Source: an uncultured virus (IMG/VR IMGVR_UViG_3300033550_000001) (Duplodnaviria; Heunggongvirae; Uroviricota; Caudoviricetes). From it: a stretch of 64,000 nt of DNA. Position 1 is the first letter of the stretch, and each line of letters opens with the position of its first letter. The position numbers and the translations under genes were made by a program. Positions 1-9,454 of this stretch are shown here, one piece after another. The notes under the pieces were generated by a model, which did no database searches, had not been told where the DNA came from, and saw only the letters and a program-made list of their open reading frames with translations. Where the stretch lies: IMG/VR virus record IMGVR_UViG_3300033550_000001; one strand, given 5' to 3'.

Positions 1-1
1 C

Positions 2-2011
2 CCCGGAGGGGACCCTTTCGGAGGTGATCCGTTCGCGGAAGCGGAAGCCGATCACGCGCCCGTGGCCACCGTCCCCGCCCCGTCCCCGCCGCCGGCCGCC
101 GAGACCGTGCCCCCGCGCGCCGGCGGGTCCGTCGGGTTCGACATCGAGTCGCACAGCGCCAAGCGACTGTTCGTTCACAAGGACATCGGCGGCGACCCGT
201 ACACCCGGCTGTCCGGCTACGTCACCGAGGACGGGACCGAGGTCGTCGTCAACTCCGTGGACGAGCTGATCCGGCGCCTGGAGGACGCGGACGAGATCTA
301 CGGTCACAACCTGCTCGGGTTCGACCTGATGGCCCTCGCCCGCCACCACGGCGCCGACTACGACAAGCTGGCCGCCAAGACGGTGGACACCCTGCGGTGG
401 GCGCAGACCATCGACCCGCCCGGCGCCGCGCACGAGAAGCCGTGGGCGGCCAAGGGCTATTACGGTCTGGACGGCCTCGCCGCCCGGCTCGGCATGTCGG
501 GCAAGACCGACGACCTGAAGGCCCTCGCCCTCAAGCACGCCCCCGAGGAGATCGACGGGCGCAAGCTGAGCACCGAGGAGCGGTTGGAGATCGGTTTCGG
601 ACGTATCCCCGCCGACGACCCGGAGTACCGCGCCTACTTCAGCGGCGACCTGAAGGCGACCCGGGGCGTGCGGCGCGCCCTGGGCGAGCCGACGGACTAC
701 GTCAGGCGTGAGATGCGCGTGGCGCACATCCAGCACCGGCCGACCCTGACCGGGTGGAAGGTGGACGTCCCCGTCCTGCGCGAGATGGTGCAGGCGGAGG
801 CGGACAAGCGGCAGGAGTCGCTGGAGTGGCTGCACGAGAACTGCGGCGTGCCGCTGACCCGCTCCGTCGGCAAGGGCCGGGGCAAGAACAGGGTGTTCAC
901 CGACGAGCCGGTGAAGTCGCCGCTGTCCACCACCGAGGGCCGTGGGGCGGTCATCGCCGCGTTCGCCGACCGGGGCGCCAACTTCTACCCCAAGACGGCC
1001 TCCGGACTGATCAGCCTCAACAAGGATGCGCTGGGCGAGTCGTCGTACATGGTGGGCAAGGGCGCGAACGCCCGGACGGTCCCGGCGATGCTCAACCCCA
1101 ACGTGCTGCGCACCTTCGCCGAGGGCGGCGCCGACGTGGACGCGCTGCGCGAGATGTGCGGCCACATCGTCACCGTGACCTCCACGGTCCAGAAGTACCA
1201 GGAGATCCTGGACCACCTCGTCGGCGACCGGGTCCACCCGCAGGTCGGTGACCTTCAGGGGTCGGGCCGGTGGGCGTACGTCCGCCCGTCGGTGACCAAC
1301 ATCGGCAAGCGTGGCGGCAAGGTGGGCCAGCGCCGCCCGCTCATCGCCGACGACGGACACCTGCTGATCTGTTTCGACATGGACCAGGTCGACATGCGCG
1401 CCATCGCCGGCCACTGCCAGGACCCGGCGTACATGCAGAACTTCGCGCCCGGAGCCGACGCGCACAGCATGATCGCCGAGGCAGTGTTCGGCCGGGCCGA
1501 CGGCGAGTGGCGCGACAACGCCAAGCGCATCGGCCACGGCTGGAACTACGGCATGGGTGTGAAGGGCATCGCCAACTCCGGTGTGGAGATGGAGCTGGCG
1601 CAGAAGTTCGACGACCAGATGAACGCCCAGTACCCGGTGCTGTGCGCCTGGCGGAACGAGGTGCGCGAGCGGGGCGCGGCCGGACAGATGCTCGACAACG
1701 GGTTCGGCCGGCTCATGCGCTGCAACCCGGACCGCGCGTGGACGCAGGCGCCCGCGCTCATGGGCCAGGGCGGCGCCCGGGACATCATGTGCACGGGCCT
1801 GCTGCGCCTGACCGACATGCTGCCCGAGGCCCTGGAGTGGCTGCGCTGCGTCGTCCACGACGAGGTGGTCCTGAGCGTCCCCGAGCACCTGGTGGACGGC
1901 GTCCGGGAGGCCGTGCTGGAGGCGTTCACGTTCGAGTTCAAGGGCGTGCCGATCACGGCCGGTGCGAGCAAGGCGGCCCGGTCGTGGGACGCCTGCTACG
2001 CGAAGGACTGA
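2..2011 (+). CDS. Family A DNA polymerase with 3'-5' exonuclease domain; frame is open to the window start, so 5'-partial
   Basis: ExoI GFDIES, ExoII YGHNLLGFD, motif A DMDQVDMR, motif B RDNAKRIGHGWNYG, motif C VHDE. Confidence 0.93.
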   Translation, partial: PGGDPFGGDPFAEAEADHAPVATVPAPSPPPAAETVPPRAGGSVGFDIESHSAKRLFVHKDIGGDPYTRLSGYVTEDGTEVVVNSVDELIRRLEDADEIYGHNLLGFDLMALARHHGADYDKLAAKTVDTLRWAQTIDPPGAAHEKPWAAKGYYGLDGLAARLGMSGKTDDLKALALKHAPEEIDGRKLSTEERLEIGFGRIPADDPEYRAYFSGDLKATRGVRRALGEPTDYVRREMRVAHIQHRPTLTGWKVDVPVLREMVQAEADKRQESLEWLHENCGVPLTRSVGKGRGKNRVFTDEPVKSPLSTTEGRGAVIAAFADRGANFYPKTASGLISLNKDALGESSYMVGKGANARTVPAMLNPNVLRTFAEGGADVDALREMCGHIVTVTSTVQKYQEILDHLVGDRVHPQVGDLQGSGRWAYVRPSVTNIGKRGGKVGQRRPLIADDGHLLICFDMDQVDMRAIAGHCQDPAYMQNFAPGADAHSMIAEAVFGRADGEWRDNAKRIGHGWNYGMGVKGIANSGVEMELAQKFDDQMNAQYPVLCAWRNEVRERGAAGQMLDNGFGRLMRCNPDRAWTQAPALMGQGGARDIMCTGLLRLTDMLPEALEWLRCVVHDEVVLSVPEHLVDGVREAVLEAFTFEFKGVPITAGASKAARSWDACYAKD

Positions 2012-2016
2012 GCGCC

Positions 2017-2223
2017 GTGACTGACATGGTGATCGGAACGGAGATGTGCCCGGCGTGCGGCCGGGTGGTGTGGCTGGTCCGGTTGCACGCCGGCCCGGCG
2101 TACTCGCACCTCGGCGTCGGGCCGTGCCTCGGGGACTCGTTCCTTCCGGTGCGTGACGCCGAGGCGGTACGCCGCATCCGCGAGCGCGGCGGCGAGCGGC
2201 TGCGGCTGGCGGCCCACCCGTGA
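2017..2223 (+). CDS. Small hypothetical protein with CxxC
   Basis: GTG just after the polymerase stop; CPACG motif; followed by a promoter. Confidence 0.5.
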   Translation: MTDMVIGTEMCPACGRVVWLVRLHAGPAYSHLGVGPCLGDSFLPVRDAEAVRRIRERGGERLRLAAHP

Positions 2224-2245
2224 ACGGGCGCCGGGACGGCTCCGA

Positions 2246-2286
2246 GGGGTTGTCCCGGCACCGTCGACAGTGGTTTAATTAAATCG
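2246..2286 (+). promoter_or_regulatory. Conserved promoter/palindrome P1
   Basis: TTGTCC-N18-TTTAAT with extended -10 TG, inside TGGTTTAATTAAATC. Confidence 0.85.
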
Positions 2287-2357
2287 AGTGGTCCGGGTCG
2301 TTCGGCGATTCACCGGCGGCCCGGTTCACTGACCAAGGAGTCGAGGAAGGCAGGGCC

Positions 2358-2699
2358 ATGGACTACTTCCAGAAGGAAGCCGCCGAGCGCCAGCGGGACA
2401 TCGACGCGGCCCGTCGGTGGGCCGAGGGCGCCGGGAAGAACACCCGCGACGGGTTCCCCGAGTGGTGCGGGAATACCGGTCGGAACGGCGACTACGCGGC
2501 GGCGCACGCCGTGTGGCTGACGTCGCCGGCCCGCATCGAGCGGTGGGCCGAACGCAGCGGCATCTTCGTCGGCAAGGGCTTCGCCCGGTGGTACCTCGGG
2601 GAGGGCCGCACCGACACCTTCGCGGACGCCTACGAGATCTACCGCGCCATGGTGCACGCCGAGGCCGAGGCAGCCCGAGTGCAGCGGACGGAGGCCTGA
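2358..2699 (+). CDS. Hypothetical protein
   Basis: ATG after leader GACCAAGGAG..GAGGAA; high-GC3 codons. Confidence 0.8.
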   Translation: MDYFQKEAAERQRDIDAARRWAEGAGKNTRDGFPEWCGNTGRNGDYAAAHAVWLTSPARIERWAERSGIFVGKGFARWYLGEGRTDTFADAYEIYRAMVHAEAEAARVQRTEA

Positions 2700-2701
2700 C
2701 C

Positions 2702-3397
2702 ATGACGACGACACTGGAAGCCCTGGCCACCGGGGCGAAGCACGACCCGGCGATACTCCTGCCGAACCTGTGGTCCGAGCTGCTGCGCTGCGTCGAGGCC
2801 ATGTGCCCGTGCGGCAACACGGCGCGCGTCGACCGTGGCGGCACGCTGGGCACGCACGAGCCGAAGTCGACGTGGGACATCGACGGCCAGCGCCGTCCGG
2901 CGATCCGGGACGCAACCGGCATCGGGTGGACCTGCCGTTACAGCGGCCGGACCGCCACCCTGGACGCAGCCCTGGAACGCGACAACGTCCTGACCCCGGC
3001 CGAGAAGCACGCACGGGACACCACGGAGCGCAGGCTCCGGGCGGGCATCACGGACACGGCGCCCGAGGGCTACGCACTGCCGAAGCCGGTCGCCGGCCTG
3101 TTCGCGCTCGCCGAGGCCAACGGCTGGACCACGCAGCAGGCGTGGGCGCCGCGCGACGACGGCTTCGCCCTGAATCTCCGGGTGGGCCGGGCGGCCGACG
3201 AGGGCCGGCGCTGGCAGTACGACCTGACGTACTTCGTCGCCCCTGGCGTCGCCCGCCGGACCCAGTTCGGGCTGAGCGTCACCCCGGACCGCCCGGCCCC
3301 GCACGACACCCCGTCCCTCAAGGCCATCCGGGCCGTCGTCGAGGCCATCCGGGCCGTCGTCGAGGCCAACCCGGTACCGGCGGAGGACGCTGCGTGA
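2702..3397 (+). CDS. Hypothetical protein
   Basis: ATG 2 nt after the upstream stop, GGAGG SD. Confidence 0.75.
   Translation: MTTTLEALATGAKHDPAILLPNLWSELLRCVEAMCPCGNTARVDRGGTLGTHEPKSTWDIDGQRRPAIRDATGIGWTCRYSGRTATLDAALERDNVLTPAEKHARDTTERRLRAGITDTAPEGYALPKPVAGLFALAEANGWTTQQAWAPRDDGFALNLRVGRAADEGRRWQYDLTYFVAPGVARRTQFGLSVTPDRPAPHDTPSLKAIRAVVEAIRAVVEANPVPAEDAA
3321..3368 (+). repeat. 21-bp tandem duplication (AIRAVVE x2)
   Basis: AGGCCATCCGGGCCGTCGTCG twice plus a partial third copy. Confidence 0.9.
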
Positions 3398-3615
3398 CAA
3401 CGCGGCTGGCGCACACGCGTATCGCGGCCTCGCCAACCGACTGCACCGCCTGCGCGCGGATGGACCCGTCCCGGGCGTTCTGCGGCCTGTGCCGCGCGAC
3501 CCGGGGCCTGCCCGCCTGCTGGCGGTGCGGCGACAAGCGATGGACCGTGACGAACGACCGATGGGGTCGGTGCCCCTGCGCCACCCCGACCAAGGAAGCG
3601 AGGAACGAGGAATGA
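3394..3615 (+). CDS. Small Cys-rich (Zn-binding) protein
   Basis: GTGA overlap with the upstream gene; three CxxC plus CxC. Confidence 0.6.
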   Translation: MTTRLAHTRIAASPTDCTACARMDPSRAFCGLCRATRGLPACWRCGDKRWTVTNDRWGRCPCATPTKEARNEE

Positions 3616-4235
3616 GCAACGACAAGGGTCACGGCTACGACTGGAGCGACCTGCGCGACAGGCCTGCCCGGGAACTGGCGGTCGGCGACACGTTCGTGTC
3701 CGGCCTGGGCGCGTTCACGGCGTACTTCACGGGCCGGGACGGACGCGTGCGCCCCGCCATGGGCTGCGAGCCGCCCGGCGGCACCGCGTGGACCGTCACG
3801 GCCCGGGACGGCAACGACACCACCTGCCGGGGCCACGACGGCCGTACGGAGTCGCAGGAGATCCCGGACGGCGCCCGCGTGCTGCTGGTCGTCCCGCCCG
3901 AGCCGGTCGGCACCGTGCTGGCGGTCAACTCCCACCGGGCGGCCGACCGGCTGAAGCGGGCGCTGGGGCGCAAGCCGGCCGCGTACTACGACAAGGCGAT
4001 GAGGCGAGGCGGCAAGTTCGTCGTGCTGTACGGCGACGACGTGGCGACGGCGCTGGAGATCACGTCGGTCACCCGGACCCGGTTGAAGCCCGAGGACGTC
4101 GCGCTGTGCCTCAGCAGCCGGACGACGGTGGACGACGACGGCCTGCGCGTCACCTACGACGACTCGGAGCACGCCCGGCGCGAGGCGGACCGTGCGGCCG
4201 GCCGGCGGACCGGGGAAGCGAGGGCCGACGCGTGA
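3612..4235 (+). CDS. Hypothetical protein
   Basis: ATG after CCGACCAAGGAA..GAGGAACGAGGA. Confidence 0.75.
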   Translation: MSNDKGHGYDWSDLRDRPARELAVGDTFVSGLGAFTAYFTGRDGRVRPAMGCEPPGGTAWTVTARDGNDTTCRGHDGRTESQEIPDGARVLLVVPPEPVGTVLAVNSHRAADRLKRALGRKPAAYYDKAMRRGGKFVVLYGDDVATALEITSVTRTRLKPEDVALCLSSRTTVDDDGLRVTYDDSEHARREADRAAGRRTGEARADA

Positions 4236-4615
4236 GCGTCCACCTGGAGTGCGACCGCTGCGGGTTCCAGGAACAGACGTCCAGCGTGATGCTGTTCGCC
4301 GGGACCGTGGGCCCCGGCATCCCGACGGCGCGTCCCGAGCTGCCGGACGGCTGGACACGGTCCCGGCTCCCGGCCGAGGACGGTTCGGCGTGGGACCGGG
4401 AGCTGTGCCCCGGCTGCAAGGCGGAACTGCTGCGGTTCATGGCCGGCGCCCCGGTCGTCGACATCCGGTCGGTGTCGGAGCAGTCGGCTGTCTGCCGTGG
4501 GTGCGGGCACCTCGTCCACCAGGGCACGGAGTGCCCGGCACTCACGATGCCGGACGGGCCGGGCCCCGCGCGCACCTGCGGATGCAAGGCGGAGGGAGTG
4601 GGGACCGATGGCTGA
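4232..4615 (+). CDS. Zn-finger-like hypothetical protein
   Basis: GTGA overlap; CDRC, CPGC, CRGC motifs. Confidence 0.7.
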   Translation: MSVHLECDRCGFQEQTSSVMLFAGTVGPGIPTARPELPDGWTRSRLPAEDGSAWDRELCPGCKAELLRFMAGAPVVDIRSVSEQSAVCRGCGHLVHQGTECPALTMPDGPGPARTCGCKAEGVGTDG

Positions 4616-5069
4616 GCGACGCACGCGGCTGGTCGTGGACATCGTCTGGAACGGGCCGGACGCGCCCCGGCCGGACGAGCACTACTACAGCGACGACGAG
4701 CTGGCCCGGGTGTCCACGGACTGGATCGTGGGCGCGGTCGAGGACCACGACGACTGCCCCCGCGTCACCGTGACCGAGGTGGGCGGAGCGTCGGCGGACC
4801 GGGGCCGGGACAGCGGTGAGGCGCTGACGTCCGTGCGCACCGTGCTGAGCCGGGCCGAGACGGCGCTGGGGGAGCTGGGGCCCGAGGGCACCCGGACGGA
4901 GTTCCCGCCGAGGACAGGCGACCAGGCGCAGGACAACTACCCCCTGCGCAAGGCGGGGAGGTTCGAGGACCCCGACGCCCCGTCCATGCGGCAGGCCCTG
5001 CGGGCCGTCGTCGCACTGCTGGACCCTTGGCGGAAGACCGGCCGGACCAAGCGCTCCACCTGTCACTGA
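4608..5069 (+). CDS. Hypothetical protein
   Basis: Overlapping ATG with SD; followed by a terminator. Confidence 0.7.
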   Translation: MAERRTRLVVDIVWNGPDAPRPDEHYYSDDELARVSTDWIVGAVEDHDDCPRVTVTEVGGASADRGRDSGEALTSVRTVLSRAETALGELGPEGTRTEFPPRTGDQAQDNYPLRKAGRFEDPDAPSMRQALRAVVALLDPWRKTGRTKRSTCH

Positions 5070-5083
5070 CCGCCGCTCACCAC

Positions 5084-5123
5084 CGACGAAGCCCCGGAGC
5101 CCTCCCGGCCCGGGGCTTCGTCG
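5084..5123. terminator. Hairpin of the GAAGCCCCGG..CCGGGGCTTC family
   Basis: 14-bp inverted repeat after the operon end. Confidence 0.8.
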
Positions 5124-5195
5124 CGTCTCCGGAACGATCATGGCCCTTCGCCGTCTTAACATCGCCGCGTCCGCCGACCGGGTGAAGGGGTAGCG

Positions 5196-6023
5196 ATGAC
5201 CACGACCGTCGGGACCGAGCGGGTCCCCCTGGAAGACCTCACACCGTTCCCTGGCAACGCCCGGCGCGGCGACGTGGACGCGATCCTCGAATCGCTGCGC
5301 GCGAACGGGCAGTACAAGCCGCTCACCGTTCGCCGGCACGGCGAGACGCTGACGATCCTCGCCGGGAACCACACGTATCTGGCGCTGCTGCGGCACGAGG
5401 AGTCCGACCGCGAGGACTGCCGGGACTGGGAGCTGGCCAACGACCGCCCGTGCCAACTCTGCGTCAACGTGGAGGCGGACGACCCGACAGCCCTCTCCCA
5501 CCTCATCGAATGCGACGACGCCACCGCCACGCGCATCAACCTGGTGGACAACAAGGCGGCCGACGACGGTTCCTACGACGACGAGGCGCTGGCCGCGCTG
5601 CTCGCCTCGCTGGACGGCGGCCCGGTCGGCACCGGCTACACCGACGAGGAAGCCGACTCACTGCTGGCGAGGTACGAGGAGGAAGAGGTCGTCGAGTACA
5701 CCCGCCCGGCAGTCGCCGAGTACAACGACGACCCCGAGGAGCGGAAGGCCCGGGTGGACCGCCTCGGTGGCGAGAACAGCCAGCCGTACGAGTCGCGCGG
5801 TGTGCGGGACATCTTCCTCGCCATGCCCAACGCCGAGGCCGACGAGCTGGGCCGCTGCATCATGGCGCTGCGCGAGCACTTCGGCGCGATGACGCAGAGC
5901 GAGGTCGTGCTGCGGGCGGCCCGGGTGGCCGTCGCGGTCATGGACGGCGCGGACGCGGGACTGACCCTCGCGGACTGCCTGAGCCGGGGGGAAGCCGTCT
6001 ACAACCCCGGGGCCGAGGAGTGA
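5196..6023 (+). CDS. ParB/Srx-like N-terminal domain protein
   Basis: LTPFPGNARRGD, GQYKPL, ILAGNH, DNK motifs. Confidence 0.85.
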   Translation: MTTTVGTERVPLEDLTPFPGNARRGDVDAILESLRANGQYKPLTVRRHGETLTILAGNHTYLALLRHEESDREDCRDWELANDRPCQLCVNVEADDPTALSHLIECDDATATRINLVDNKAADDGSYDDEALAALLASLDGGPVGTGYTDEEADSLLARYEEEEVVEYTRPAVAEYNDDPEERKARVDRLGGENSQPYESRGVRDIFLAMPNAEADELGRCIMALREHFGAMTQSEVVLRAARVAVAVMDGADAGLTLADCLSRGEAVYNPGAEE

Positions 6024-7102
6024 GCGACACACTGACGGCCGGTCTCGACTTCCGGCTACCGCAGTACCGGCGGGAGGTGTTCCTGCGGTTCTACGAGTGG
6101 TCGGTGCGTCACCGCTCGTTCCCTGGGGGAGTGCACTACGCGCTGCCGCACCTTGCCGACGCACTCGACTGGGACACCGAGCAACGATTCTGGGCGGCGT
6201 TCCTCAACGCCAACACGCAGAACCCTGTCACCACGCTGCTGCTCATGCAGGCCGCATCGCGCCCCGGCGACGCGGACGGGGCCGTGGAGTTCTGGCGGGG
6301 GCACTACCGCGAGCTGGAGTGGGACACCGACCGCCGGTACCACAAGGCCCGGTTCGCGGACGCGGTGGACGGGTATCGGCGGCTGACCGGCCCGGGGCCG
6401 GACGCACAGGCCCGGTACTTCCGGCTGCCGCACGAGTGGGGCGCGTGGTGGGACGCCGCCGCCGCGATACCGACCATGGGCCGGCTGTCCACCTGGAGCT
6501 ACCTGGAATACCTGCGCATCCTGGAGTGCGGAGCCCCGGACGCTGACACGCTGCTGCTCACGGACATCCCCGGCTCCCGCAGCCACCGCAACGGCCTCGC
6601 CCTCGTCGCCGGCCGGGACGAGTGGATCGCTGACAAGCAGCTCGGGGACCCCGCGTTCGGCTACACCCCGGACGTGCTCAGCGAACTGGCGTCCGTCGGC
6701 TACGGTTTGCTGGCCGAGGCGCGACGCCGGGTCCCAGGGGACCGCACGGTCGGCTATCTGTCGCTGGAGTCGGCACTGTGCACGTACAAGAGCTGGCACA
6801 AACCGAACCGTCGCTACCCCGGCGTCTACAACGACATGCTGCATGACCGGCTGGTGCGTGCGGAGAACCGGTTCGGCCGGCGGTTCGGCGTCATCTGGGA
6901 CGCCCGCCGAGAGGCGCTGCCCGCCCGGCTGCGGCTGGAGGACAACCCCGGGGACCCCGGCTGCGTGCCGGTCAAACAGAACTGGTACCGGACCACCGGT
7001 CAGGTCATCGGCATGGCGGACGACTGGCCTTGCTTCACCAACGGTTTCGACCGGTTGGTACGGGACGGGCTGCTCGGCCAGAGGGAGCGTGCGTGGATCT
7101 GA
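6020..7102 (+). CDS. Amino acid:DNA transferase (aGPT-Pplase2 family, HhH fold)
   Basis: DTDRRYHK, MGRLSTWSYLEYL, SRSHRNGL, LESALCTYKS..RYPG motifs; operon context. Confidence 0.75.
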   Translation: MSDTLTAGLDFRLPQYRREVFLRFYEWSVRHRSFPGGVHYALPHLADALDWDTEQRFWAAFLNANTQNPVTTLLLMQAASRPGDADGAVEFWRGHYRELEWDTDRRYHKARFADAVDGYRRLTGPGPDAQARYFRLPHEWGAWWDAAAAIPTMGRLSTWSYLEYLRILECGAPDADTLLLTDIPGSRSHRNGLALVAGRDEWIADKQLGDPAFGYTPDVLSELASVGYGLLAEARRRVPGDRTVGYLSLESALCTYKSWHKPNRRYPGVYNDMLHDRLVRAENRFGRRFGVIWDARREALPARLRLEDNPGDPGCVPVKQNWYRTTGQVIGMADDWPCFTNGFDRLVRDGLLGQRERAWI

Positions 7103-7962
7103 ACTCCTGGCTCAGCCCGGTGGAGAACCGGGGCGGCCGTCTCTACAAGCGGGAAGACCTCGCCGCGCTGCCTGTCGGCGTCAACGGCTCCAAGCTGCGC
7201 GCCTGCGAGCACCTGATCGGCCGGGCCGCCCGCGCCGGCGCCAAGCGGGTCATCTCCGCCGCCTCGGTGCTCTCCCCGCAGAGCGCCATGGCCGCCGTCC
7301 TCGCACGGCGCCACGGCCTCGGCTGCACGGTCGTCGTCGGCGGCACCAAACCCACCACAGCCATCCGGCACCCGTCCATCCGCATGGCCGTGGACCACGG
7401 GGCGGGCCTGGAGTTCGCGGCCGTCGACTACAACCCGGCGCTTCAGTCCTACGCGCGCAGGCTCGCCGCCACCGACCCCGCCGCGTACTGGCTCCAGTAC
7501 GGCATCACCACCCCACCCGCCGCCACCCGCGAGGAGCTGCTGGACTTCCACGCGGTCGCCGCCCGGCAGACGGAGAACCTGCCGGACGGGGTGGGGACGC
7601 TGGTGGTGCCGTTCGGGTCCGGCAACACGGCGGCCGGTGTGCTCATGGGCTTGGCCCAGCGATCGTCGGCCGACCGCCCCCGAAAGACGGTGCTGGTGGG
7701 CATCGGCCCGGACCGGAGGGCCTGGCTGGCAGACCGGTTCGCCGCCATGGGTCTGGAACTCCCGGCGTACGAGCACCTGGACCTGCACGGCTCCGGATAC
7801 GCCTCCTACGGCGACAAGATGCCCGGCACCGCCGACGGCATCCGCCTGCACCCCACCTACGAGGGCAAGGTGGTGCGCTACCTGAACGAGAAGCGACCCG
7901 ACTGGTGGACCCGCCGGGACGGCACGACGTGCCTGTGGATCGTGGGAGGACCCATCTCGTGA
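7093..7962 (+). CDS. PLP-dependent enzyme (fold II, ACC deaminase/D-Cys desulfhydrase-like)
   Basis: KREDL..NGSKLR PLP lysine motif, VPFGSGNT, LHPTYEGK. Confidence 0.85.
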   Translation: MDLNSWLSPVENRGGRLYKREDLAALPVGVNGSKLRACEHLIGRAARAGAKRVISAASVLSPQSAMAAVLARRHGLGCTVVVGGTKPTTAIRHPSIRMAVDHGAGLEFAAVDYNPALQSYARRLAATDPAAYWLQYGITTPPAATREELLDFHAVAARQTENLPDGVGTLVVPFGSGNTAAGVLMGLAQRSSADRPRKTVLVGIGPDRRAWLADRFAAMGLELPAYEHLDLHGSGYASYGDKMPGTADGIRLHPTYEGKVVRYLNEKRPDWWTRRDGTTCLWIVGGPIS

Positions 7963-8534
7963 TACGTGGCCTGCTGTACGTCATCGGCCCGCCGGGGGTG
8001 GGCAAGTCCACGCTTGTCCGGGAGCTGCGCACCGGCTGGGACACAGAGGTGGACCGGCACCACGCCGTCCCCCACACCCGTCTCAACCACCCCGCCACCG
8101 GCCGCACCGCCGGACTGGAACTCGGGGTGCCCCGCGAGGACTTCCCCGGCACCGACGCCCTGGCCATGGACATAGGGCCCCGGGCGCTCCAGTTTCTGTC
8201 GGCCAGCTACACGCCCTTCGCCGTGGGGGAGGGCGCGCGGCTGGCCACCCGGCCTTTCCTCGGCGGACTGGCGCAGCAGGGCGTGGCGGTCACGGTGGTG
8301 GAGCTGATGGCGTCACCGGCGCTGCTGGATCAGCGGTGGCGCGAGCGCGGGGCGCGACAGAACCCGTCCTGGCGCAAGGGTGCGGCCACCCGGGCGTCCC
8401 GCCTGGCCGACTGGGCCGCCGGTGCGCCGGGCGTCCGGCTGCGGTGCATCGACGTGGAGCAGTACAGCCCGGCGGAGATGGCGGCCGAGGTGCGCGACGT
8501 CTTCCCGCCGATAACCCCGGAGGTGAACCGTTGA
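7959..8534 (+). CDS. P-loop nucleotide kinase, likely 5-hydroxymethylpyrimidine DNA kinase
   Basis: GPPGVGKST, FPGTDALAM, GEGARL, RGARQNPSW motifs; next to the transferase. Confidence 0.75.
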   Translation: MIRGLLYVIGPPGVGKSTLVRELRTGWDTEVDRHHAVPHTRLNHPATGRTAGLELGVPREDFPGTDALAMDIGPRALQFLSASYTPFAVGEGARLATRPFLGGLAQQGVAVTVVELMASPALLDQRWRERGARQNPSWRKGAATRASRLADWAAGAPGVRLRCIDVEQYSPAEMAAEVRDVFPPITPEVNR

Positions 8535-9433
8535 TCTCTATTCGTCTGCGCTCCCGGATTGGCAAGCAGGAGCTTGAGGAAAAAGCTGGCAAGGTACTCG
8601 GGGACGACGCCTACAACGTGAAGCTGACAGGGCCAACCCGGGTGTTCCTGCCCAACGGGCAACCGCTGTGCGTCTACCTACCCGGCGCGATGAAGGACGT
8701 CGTCACCGAGGAGCAGTACGCGATCCTGCACAGCCTGCGACGGACCACAACAGGGAACCGGGGCCCCGCCTCGGGCTCCAAGGCCGTTCGTGCGGGCGCG
8801 CAGAAACGGCAGTACTTCAAGGCGGTCAGCTCCAGCATCCTCGGGGCGTTCGACCCCGGGGGCACCTTCAGGTTCTGCCGCCTGACGGCCTGGACCGGCA
8901 AGAACCTCCCGGAGTGGGAGGCGCTGCACCCGGCGTTGCAAGCCGTAGCCGGGGCGATGCAGGAACACGTCCCCGAGCGCTACGCGGCGCAGATGGAGGA
9001 GATCGAGCGGACGCACCCGGACTGGGTGGTGCCCGGTACCCCGTTCACGACGGTCACCGTCAACAACACCTACCCAACCGGTGTGCACACCGACAAGGGC
9101 GACCTGGACAAGGGGTTCAGCACGATCTTCGCGCTCCGTCGGGGCACGTACACCGGAGGGACGTTCGTGTTCCCGGAGTTCCGGGTGGGCGTGGACCTTC
9201 AGGACGGCGACCTGATCCTGATGGACGCCCATCAGTGGCACGGCAACACGGCCATCGTCTGCGCCTGCGGTGAACGACGGACGGCCTACTGCGAGGACTG
9301 CGGGGCGGAACGCATCTCGGTCGTCTCGTACATGCGCACCGCGATGACCCGGTGCGGTAGCGAGGCCGAGGAGATCGACCGGGCCCGGGAGTACCGCGAG
9401 CGCACCAAGGGCGTCCTGCGCGAGACCCGTTAA
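8531..9433 (+). CDS. TET/JBP-family 2OG-Fe(II) dioxygenase
   Basis: CRLTAW, TPFTTVTVN, HTDKGD (HxD), distal HGN, RISVVSYMR; TTG start coupled to the upstream stop. Confidence 0.85.
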   Translation: MISIRLRSRIGKQELEEKAGKVLGDDAYNVKLTGPTRVFLPNGQPLCVYLPGAMKDVVTEEQYAILHSLRRTTTGNRGPASGSKAVRAGAQKRQYFKAVSSSILGAFDPGGTFRFCRLTAWTGKNLPEWEALHPALQAVAGAMQEHVPERYAAQMEEIERTHPDWVVPGTPFTTVTVNNTYPTGVHTDKGDLDKGFSTIFALRRGTYTGGTFVFPEFRVGVDLQDGDLILMDAHQWHGNTAIVCACGERRTAYCEDCGAERISVVSYMRTAMTRCGSEAEEIDRAREYRERTKGVLRETR

Positions 9434-9454
9434 TCATTAGGGAGGCTAAGGACT

